Source: an uncultured Eubacteriales bacterium
GTDB taxonomy: Bacteria; Acidobacteriota; Aminicenantia; Aminicenantales; Saccharicenantaceae
Assembly: GCA_964422165.1 (NCBI GenBank)
Contig: CAYQZX010000022.1
Span: 65,002 to 129,001, forward strand
Length of the DNA stretch: 64,000 nucleotides
Reading direction: 5' to 3'
Below the pieces are notes generated by a model. It was not told the DNA's origin, ran no database searches, and worked only from the letters and a program-made list of their open reading frames with translations. The translations under genes were made by a program, and so were the position numbers. Below are positions 57,641 through 64,000 of the stretch, in pieces; the first letter of the stretch is position 1, and every line of letters starts with the position of its first letter.

Positions 57641-58861
57641 ATGGCTGATTACCAGAACGGATTTCAACCCACCATCAGGCTTTATTATGAGGATGCTTAT
57701 CTTCAAGAATTCACCGCCAGAGTTGTCGGCCGGGTGAACAGGGAAGGCTTTCCGGTGGTCATTCTGGACCGGACTGCTTTTTATCCTGAATCCGGGGGGC
57801 AGCCTCACGACACTGGCTGGCTGAATGAAGTTCGAGTTATCAGAGTTGAAGAAGAAGAGGGTCTGATTCTACATTTTTTGGAAAAAGAAATAACCAGCGA
57901 GGAAGTTGCTGGAAAGATTGACTGGCCAAGACGTTTTGACCATATGCAACAGCATACCGGACAGCATATTCTTTCTCAGGCTTTTTATGAATTGCTCAAG
58001 GGTGAAACCCTGTCCTTCCATCTCGGACAGGAAGATTCCACAGTGGAGATTGGTTTACCTGCGATTAAAGATGAAGCACTGGGAAGAGTGGAAGAGTTAG
58101 CTAACCGGATTGCTTTTTCTAACCTGGAGGTTAAAAATTATTTCCTTTCAGATGAAGAGGTGAGTCGAATCCCACTCCGCAAACCACCAAAAAAAGCTGG
58201 TTTAATCAGAGTGGTTGAGATTGCTGGCTTTGACTATTCAGCCTGTGGTGGAACCCACTGCCGCCAGACAGGAGAAGTGGGCTTAATTAAAATTCTAAAG
58301 CAGGAAAAAATCAGAGGTAACCTGAGGTTTTCCTTTGTCTGCGGCTTCCGAGCACTCAGGGAGTTTGAGAAACGCCGGAGCTGGCTTCAGGGCACAGCCC
58401 GGCTTTTTTCTTCTGAAGAATCTGAAGTGTTTTCTTGTGCCGAAAAGAATCTAGCCGAGCTTAAAAATCTAAAAAAGAAGCAGAAAAAGCTGGAAGAAAA
58501 ACTATCCCAGTATGAAGCCAGAGAAATTTTAAATAGCAACCAATCGAAGATAATTCGGGGCTTATTTTCTGAAAAATCTCCCGAAGAGATTAAATACCTG
58601 GCTCTGCATCTGGTGCATCAGGCTGAGGTAATGACCGCTTTGGCGGCCTTGGGCCAAGACCACTTTCACCTGGTCCTGGCTGCTTCTGATAAAATTGGGG
58701 TCGACCTGAGAGAGGTACTTAAAGAGTTGAGGGGAAAAATTGAGCTTAAGGGAGGTGGAAGCTCAACTCTGGTAGAGCTGGTAGGGATTAAAAAAGAAAG
58801 GGCTGAAGAAGCTCTGCGCCTGGCAGTGGAAATACTCGTTCAGAAAACAGGTCTTCAATAA
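57641..58861 (+). CDS. alaX: AlaX-L type alanyl-tRNA editing protein (AlaRS editing domain plus DHHA1-like C-terminus)
   Basis: HTGQHILSQA (HxxxH zinc motif) and CGGTHC (second zinc motif). Start at 57641 follows a GGAGG RBS. Confidence 0.75.
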   Translation: MADYQNGFQPTIRLYYEDAYLQEFTARVVGRVNREGFPVVILDRTAFYPESGGQPHDTGWLNEVRVIRVEEEEGLILHFLEKEITSEEVAGKIDWPRRFDHMQQHTGQHILSQAFYELLKGETLSFHLGQEDSTVEIGLPAIKDEALGRVEELANRIAFSNLEVKNYFLSDEEVSRIPLRKPPKKAGLIRVVEIAGFDYSACGGTHCRQTGEVGLIKILKQEKIRGNLRFSFVCGFRALREFEKRRSWLQGTARLFSSEESEVFSCAEKNLAELKNLKKKQKKLEEKLSQYEAREILNSNQSKIIRGLFSEKSPEEIKYLALHLVHQAEVMTALAALGQDHFHLVLAASDKIGVDLREVLKELRGKIELKGGGSSTLVELVGIKKERAEEALRLAVEILVQKTGLQ

Positions 58862-58874
58862 TTTTGTTGCTATT

Positions 58875-60125
58875 CTATTCATATCTCAGACAGACAATGG
58901 GGTCAAGGTGAGCAGCCTTCTGGGCTGGAAAAATTCCAAAGAATAGACCGACGGCCATAGAAACCGAAAGCCCCATCAGCACTGACCACCAGGAGACTGC
59001 GGCTGGTAGCGGAGTGGCAGCCTTGATGATTAAAGCAATGCCGAAACCCACCAGAATTCCCAGAATTCCCCCAAGACTGGTGAGGACCATGGCTTCTACT
59101 AAAAACTGCTTGATTATGTCTCGGGCTCTGGCTCCGATGGCCTTGCGGATGCCGATTTCTCTGGTTCTCTCTTTGACAGCCACCAGCATTATGTTCATCA
59201 CTCCTATTCCGCCCACCAGTAAGCCGATGGACGAAATTACAATCATCACAATGAAGGCCGCTCCGGTAATCTGGTTGTAAAGATTCAACAGGCTTTCCTG
59301 GGTGAAAATGGCAAAATCGTTGGGCTTATTGGGCGGGACCTTTCTTCTCACCCGGAGCAGATTGATAACCTGTTCCATGGTCTCCTCAATCGTGGCCGAA
59401 TCCCTGGGCACCACGGTCAGCTGCAGCGAGCTCTTATCATAGGGAAAATATTTCATCAAGCTGGTGTAGGGGATGACTACCAGGTTATCCCGACTCTGAC
59501 CGAACATCTGCCCCCGCTTACCCATGACACCAATTACTGTAAAGTTTTCCGGCCCAATCCTGATTTCTTTGCCCACCGGGCTCGAATGAGGAAAGAGGGC
59601 TTCAGCCACCTCGGTTCCGATCAGGCAAACCCTGGCGCTGTGTCTGATTTCGGCGGCAGTGAAACTGCGGCCTTCCTTTGGCAGATAAACGGCGTAAACG
59701 TAGTTAAAATTCTCGTCGGCCCCAAAAACTATGGCGTTATCACTCTTCAGGTTCTGATATTTTACTTCCGGAAGCTTTAGGAAATCAGGACTGATCTGAA
59801 TGGTCAGGGCACCAACCAGCGGACAACCATTTCTGATGGCTTCAGCATCTTCAATGGTCAGGTCTTTTCTCTGCCGTTCTTCATCACTCCGGCTTCCTAT
59901 CTGGATGGGTTCAAATTTCTGAATCATAATAAGGTTGCTGCCTATTCGCTCTATTTCTCCGGCGATGCTCCTGTTTAAGCCCTGAATGACCGAAACCATG
60001 GCGATTACTGTCATGACACCGATGATAATTCCCAGGGTAGTCAGGAAAGAGCGCAATTTATGGCTTCTGATAGACTCCAGGGCCATGGAGATGGTTTCCA
60101 GCAGCAGTCTGGTTCTGAATTTCAT
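58875..60125 (-). CDS. MacB/FtsX-family ABC transporter permease (MacB_PCD periplasmic domain plus 4 TM)
   Basis: N-terminal ALESIRSHKLRSFLTTLGIIIGV helix, a roughly 220-aa periplasmic domain, and a C-terminal three-TM FtsX domain. Confidence 0.75.
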   Translation of the reverse strand: MKFRTRLLLETISMALESIRSHKLRSFLTTLGIIIGVMTVIAMVSVIQGLNRSIAGEIERIGSNLIMIQKFEPIQIGSRSDEERQRKDLTIEDAEAIRNGCPLVGALTIQISPDFLKLPEVKYQNLKSDNAIVFGADENFNYVYAVYLPKEGRSFTAAEIRHSARVCLIGTEVAEALFPHSSPVGKEIRIGPENFTVIGVMGKRGQMFGQSRDNLVVIPYTSLMKYFPYDKSSLQLTVVPRDSATIEETMEQVINLLRVRRKVPPNKPNDFAIFTQESLLNLYNQITGAAFIVMIVISSIGLLVGGIGVMNIMLVAVKERTREIGIRKAIGARARDIIKQFLVEAMVLTSLGGILGILVGFGIALIIKAATPLPAAVSWWSVLMGLSVSMAVGLFFGIFPAQKAAHLDPIVCLRYE

Positions 60126-61363
60126 TGTTCAGACCTCAAGGCTTCTACCGGGTTTAGCCGGGCAGCCTGGTTGGCCGGGTAAATACCAAAAAATAATCCC
60201 ACCATAGTGGACATCAGAATGGCTACCAGGATGGATACCGGGTCTACGCTTGAGGGCAGGGAAGTGGTAGCCGTTACCACCCGGGCAATCGTATAGCCCA
60301 GAATGATCCCGATTATTCCACCCAGACCTGAAAGCAAAGCCGATTCTATCAAAAATTGAATCAGGATGTCCCGGCGGCGGGCTCCTACTGCCATCCTGAT
60401 ACCGATTTCTTTGGTCCTTTCGGTTACCGAAACCAGCATAATGTTCATGATGACAATTCCCCCAACCAGCAAGGCGATGGAAGAGATAGCTATCATGGCA
60501 AAATAAATTCCGGAAGTGGCTGATTTGTAGAACTGAATAAAGGTTTCTGATGTCTGGAAGGCGAAGTCATCCGGCTGGTTGTAAGTCCTTTTTCTGGCTG
60601 AGCGGAGAATGGTCCGGACCTCTTCCATAGCCCTGTTCATTGCCTCCTGGGAAGAAGTGTGAATATTAATGGTCACCGTGCGCCGGCTGCCGTAAATCTT
60701 CATGAAAGTTGAGATCGGAATCCAGGCGTAGTTGTCCTGACTAAAGCCGAGGATTTTGCCCTTCCTCTGACCCAGTCCTATTATCTGAAAATTCTGGCTG
60801 CCAATCTTTACCCAGCGGCCTATCGGGTCTAAGCCCGGGAAAAGGTTATCAGCTACATCGGCTCCGATTATGCAGACATAGCGGGAGCGGTCTTCATCAT
60901 CCTGCAGGAAGAAGCGGCCGCTCTGTAGCTCCAGGACTGAACCTATCATATGGTCAACGGAAGTTACTCCTCTTATGGAAACATTCTTTATGGAGCGGTT
61001 ACCGTATTTGAGGTCTTGGGTGGTTTCAACTGAGGCGCCAACCAGCTCGCAGGAGCGGCACAGGGTCCTGATTATTCTCATCTCTTCCAGGGTCAGGTCC
61101 TTTCGCTTCAACTGTTCAGTGTATTCTTTGATGGTTGAGATAAAAGGCGAAAATTTGGAAACGGCAAAGTCGTTGGCTCCGTAAAATGACATCTTGGTGT
61201 AAACGTAATTATTAAGGCCCTGAATTACCGAAACCACGGCAATTATAGTTAAAACTCCTATGATAACTCCGAGCAAGGTCAGAAAAGTTCGAAGCTTGTT
61301 TGCCCGGAGGGAAGATAGAGCCATGTTCAGGGACTCGCTGAAGTACAGGCTGCTTTTCTTCAT
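60122..61363 (-). CDS. MacB/FtsX-family ABC transporter permease, a paralogue coupled to the downstream permease (ATGA overlap)
   Basis: ALSSLRANKLRTFLTLLGVIIGV and the same architecture as the neighbouring permease. Confidence 0.75.
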   Translation of the reverse strand: MKKSSLYFSESLNMALSSLRANKLRTFLTLLGVIIGVLTIIAVVSVIQGLNNYVYTKMSFYGANDFAVSKFSPFISTIKEYTEQLKRKDLTLEEMRIIRTLCRSCELVGASVETTQDLKYGNRSIKNVSIRGVTSVDHMIGSVLELQSGRFFLQDDEDRSRYVCIIGADVADNLFPGLDPIGRWVKIGSQNFQIIGLGQRKGKILGFSQDNYAWIPISTFMKIYGSRRTVTINIHTSSQEAMNRAMEEVRTILRSARKRTYNQPDDFAFQTSETFIQFYKSATSGIYFAMIAISSIALLVGGIVIMNIMLVSVTERTKEIGIRMAVGARRRDILIQFLIESALLSGLGGIIGIILGYTIARVVTATTSLPSSVDPVSILVAILMSTMVGLFFGIYPANQAARLNPVEALRSEQ

Positions 61364-61603
61364 AATTTACGTGACTTCTTAACAATCTCAATAAAAGTTT
61401 ACATCATTTTATACGAAAGGGTAAGCCCATCGTTTTAAGACTGTGCAATTTCGCAAGCTGGTTTTGAGATAATTAGCCAGATTAGGGGTTTCAGGTTTAG
61501 GTGGTAGATGAATCTGGAAGCGGAAAATCTCCCCAAAATAACTTGACCTCTCCGCTGTCTCAAATAATAATTTGGTAAATAAATAAAAGATAAGGAGAGA
61601 GTC

Positions 61604-62221
61604 ATGTATCAGTTTAACCTCAAAGCCGAAGCGGAAAGTGTCTCCTGTCTCTACTTTGACCGGCCTGGAGAGGTTAACACCGAAGCCACCCTGAAAAGGG
61701 CGGCTATCCGGGCCGAGGAGCTTAAAATAAAAAAAGTAATCATCGCCTCCGCTTCCGGAGAAACGGCGATTAAAGCTCTGGATATCTTCCACGATTGTCA
61801 GCTGGTGGTGGTTACCCATTCTACCGGTTTTTATCGGCCGAACTTTCAGGAAATGCCGGCTGAAGTCCGAAAAAAACTGGAAGAGAGGGGTGCGAAAGTC
61901 TTAACCTGCCAGCATGCTTTTGGTGGAGTTAACCGGGCGGTTCGTAGGAAGCTCGGAACCTACGAGCTGGATGAAATCATTGCCTATACTTTAAGAGCTT
62001 TTGGTGAGGGAATGAAAGTGGCAATTGAAATAAGTCTGATGGCGGCCGATGCCGGTCTGGTAGAAACCGGAGTGCCTTGTATCTCCCTTGGCGGGACCGA
62101 GAAAGGCGTTGATACGGCGATAGTTTTGAAACCGGTTAACGCTCAGAACTTTTTCGACCTGCGGGTGATGGAAATACTGGCCAAACCAGGTTTCTGGCAG
62201 GAAGAAGAAAGGAAAAAATGA
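61604..62221 (+). CDS. Pyruvate-kinase C-terminal (alpha/beta) domain-like protein, stand-alone
   Basis: About 200 aa with a KKVIIASASGETAIKAL...VVVTH... pattern resembling the PK_C domain fold. No catalytic PK barrel. Confidence 0.45.
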   Translation: MYQFNLKAEAESVSCLYFDRPGEVNTEATLKRAAIRAEELKIKKVIIASASGETAIKALDIFHDCQLVVVTHSTGFYRPNFQEMPAEVRKKLEERGAKVLTCQHAFGGVNRAVRRKLGTYELDEIIAYTLRAFGEGMKVAIEISLMAADAGLVETGVPCISLGGTEKGVDTAIVLKPVNAQNFFDLRVMEILAKPGFWQEEERKK

Positions 62222-62411
62222 AGAGTTAAAAACCTCGCTATTACCGGGGGAAATTTTTTAGCCTGAATATTCAATTTGTATTACCCTAGATGATAGTTTA
62301 CCACCGTCTCCGGCCTGCATCTTTTGGACAATGATCATGTTCGCAGACTTCCGTGATGGCCATCATTTCTGCTAAAATTAAACTAATAGTTATAGAGAAG
62401 GGAGGACAGAA

Positions 62412-63137
62412 ATTCTAAGACTGAATAAGTTTCTGGCTCAATCTGGAGTGGCTTCCAGGCGGGAAGCTGATAGGATGATAGAAGAAGGAAGGGTTCGGGT
62501 AAACGGTCAGGTAGTCACCAGACTCGGTCAGAAAATAGACGAAAAGAAAGACCGGGTGGAGGTAGATGGCCGGCCGGTCCGTCTGCCCTCTATTTTGGTA
62601 TACCTCCTTTTGAATAAGCCTTCTGGTTATATTGTAACTATGGATGACCCGCAGAAACGCAAGACAGTGGTGGAACTCCTTCCTTCTCTTCCGGTCAGGG
62701 TCTTTCCGGTTGGCCGTCTTGATGGAGAAAGTGAAGGGGTCCTGCTATTTACCAACGACGGGGAACTGGCTCACCGGCTGACGCATCCCCGCTATAAGGT
62801 AAAGAAAATCTATGAAGTCAGAGTAAAGGGTTATGTAGAAGACAGGAGCCTGCTCAGGCTGGAAAAGGGTGTTTTTATCGATGGACGGAAAACCTCACCG
62901 GCCCGGACAAAAATAATCTACCGAAACCGGGAAAACTCTCTTCTTCAGCTTGAGATTCATGAAGGGCGAAAGCACGAGGTACGTAAGATGCTGTATGCTC
63001 TTGGCTTTGAGGTTAAGAAGCTACGTCGAATTTCTTTTGGCGGAATTACCATTAAGGGTTTAAGAAAGGGCTTCTGGCGGCACTTAAAACCCGAAGAGGT
63101 GGAGCGACTCAAGAAGTTGACCGGTCTGATGGTCTGA
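62412..63137 (+). CDS. RsuA/RluB-family 16S/23S rRNA pseudouridine synthase (S4 domain plus catalytic domain). Probable non-ATG start
   Basis: The S4 motif LRLNKFLAQSGVASRREADRMIEEGRVRVNG requires translation to start upstream of the first GTG (62448). A catalytic VGRLDGESEGVLLFTNDG Asp motif is present. A GGAGGA RBS lies at 62401-62406 and ATT at 62412. Confidence 0.7.
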   Translation: MLRLNKFLAQSGVASRREADRMIEEGRVRVNGQVVTRLGQKIDEKKDRVEVDGRPVRLPSILVYLLLNKPSGYIVTMDDPQKRKTVVELLPSLPVRVFPVGRLDGESEGVLLFTNDGELAHRLTHPRYKVKKIYEVRVKGYVEDRSLLRLEKGVFIDGRKTSPARTKIIYRNRENSLLQLEIHEGRKHEVRKMLYALGFEVKKLRRISFGGITIKGLRKGFWRHLKPEEVERLKKLTGLMV

Positions 63138-63198
63138 AATCTCAGGGCTGGACAGAAGATTAAAACATCTACGCTGATTCTTTATTAGCAGTTAGTTT

Positions 63199-64000
63199 TT
63201 ACTCGGATTTGACGGTTTCTTTTTCTTGCTCCGAGGAGCTGTCCTCAGCTGAGAATTCTTCCCAGACCCGGTTCAGTTCCAGAAGTCTGGCATCGACCAG
63301 AGCGTTGATTGTTCCAGGTTCGTAAGTGCCGTCTGCCAGCCTTTCTCCAGCTCTGACCCCGGTCAGTATCTCCATTCCTTCGTCTACTGTTTTTATCGGA
63401 TAGATATGGAATTTGCCTTCAGCCACCGCCTGGACCACTTCTTCTTTCAGCATCAGGTTCTTGACGTTTTGGTATGGGATAATGACTCCCTGGGTCCCGG
63501 TGAGTCCCCGGGCTTTGCAGACTTCAAAAAAGCCTTCTATTTTTTCATTAACTCCGCCAATGGGCTGAATTTCACCTTTCTGATTGATGGAGCCGGTCAC
63601 GGCCAGATCCTGCCTCAGGGGCAGCCCGGAGAGGCTGGAAAGTATGGCGTAGGCTTCAGTGGAAGAAGCACTATCCCCATCCACCCCAGAGTAAGACTGT
63701 TCAAAGGCAATGCTGGCGGAAAGGGCGAAAGGTTTATTCTGGGCATATTTCCCACGGAGATAGCCAGACAGAATCAGAACTCCCTTATTATGGGTTCGCC
63801 CGCTCAAACCAGCTTCTCTTTCTATATTGATAACCCCAGCTCTTCCGGTAGAAGTGCGGGCCGTTATCCTGGTAGGCTTACCGAAAGTTAGCTCTCCGGT
63901 GTCATAAACAGCAAGGCCGTTCACCTGACCGACCACCGCTCCTTCGGTATCTATAAGTATGGTCCCTTCGTCAATCATCTCCTGGATTTTTCTTTCTATT
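63199..64000 (-). CDS. Lon-like (S16) protease proteolytic domain; the gene continues beyond the window end
   Basis: GVDGDSASSTEAYAILSSL (Ser nucleophile in a GDSAS context) and a downstream Lys region. The frame is open to the window edge upstream of Met 63978. Confidence 0.65.
   Translation of the reverse strand, partial: IERKIQEMIDEGTILIDTEGAVVGQVNGLAVYDTGELTFGKPTRITARTSTGRAGVINIEREAGLSGRTHNKGVLILSGYLRGKYAQNKPFALSASIAFEQSYSGVDGDSASSTEAYAILSSLSGLPLRQDLAVTGSINQKGEIQPIGGVNEKIEGFFEVCKARGLTGTQGVIIPYQNVKNLMLKEEVVQAVAEGKFHIYPIKTVDEGMEILTGVRAGERLADGTYEPGTINALVDARLLELNRVWEEFSAEDSSSEQEKETVKSE

Noticed and set aside
61409-61819. 136-aa minus-strand ORF upstream of the FtsX permease pair, overlapping the start of the PK_C-like gene
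   Set aside because: It has no recognisable motif, overlaps the promoter/RBS region and the 5' end of a + strand gene, and its composition is not protein-like. It is probably not the missing ABC ATPase, since it has no Walker A.
1-64000. CRISPR arrays, IS elements, integrases, prophage genes and rRNA
   Set aside because: I looked for regularly spaced direct repeats, transposase-type DDE or recombinase motifs, and terminal inverted repeats, and found none. The only tandem repeats are the coding GAA/GAG repeats in the rpoZ tail.

Overview
This 64 kb window is a chromosomal fragment from an uncharacterised bacterium, with about 50 protein-coding genes and two tRNAs. A C-terminal-aromatic outer-membrane beta-barrel protein and a full type IV pilus minor-pilin operon suggest a diderm envelope. 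I found no transposase, integrase, CRISPR array or rRNA. Gene density is high and several junctions overlap by 4 bp (ATGA), which suggests translationally coupled operons. Most annotated gene starts have GGAGG-type RBS. The content points to a peptide- and amino-acid-catabolising lifestyle, with these main blocks: (1) the C-terminus of urocanate hydratase, a giant 1398-aa fused double activase-ATPase plus 2-hydroxyacyl-CoA-dehydratase-like protein, pfkA and an SSS symporter; (2) a secreted exopeptidase cluster made of prolyl oligopeptidase, an M20 peptidase and three tandem amidohydrolase paralogues, two of which have lost the HxH metal-binding motif; (3) a small OMP and a fused membrane-anchored HdrD/DsrK-like CCG iron-sulfur oxidoreductase; (4) tRNA-Arg(CCG), then an SNase-like nuclease coupled to a tandem OB-fold protein, a secreted MsrB-MsrA fusion, YloV and speE; (5) a fimU-pilV-pilW-pilX-pilY1 minor-pilin operon whose PilY1 has an FG-GAP N-terminal half, flanked by a DPP4-like peptidase, tRNA-Lys(CTT) and a leaderless GspG-like protein; (6) an alanine symporter, then rpoZ with a long acidic repeat tail overlapping antisense with a CYTH gene, followed by polyprenyl synthase and TatD; (7) FabH, an epimerase-family SDR and an Spt-like alpha-oxoamine synthase (possible sphingolipid-type locus), followed by two unusual secreted proteins; (8) an EF-P carrying Arg at the modification position next to a GHMP sugar kinase; (9) housekeeping genes (MBL hydrolase, amidohydrolase, RNase HIII-like, AlaX-L, two FtsX/MacB permeases, a PK_C-like protein, RsuA/RluB with a probable non-ATG start, and a partial Lon-like S16 protease). 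Everything is inferred from motifs I read in the translated ORFs; I ran no database searches.
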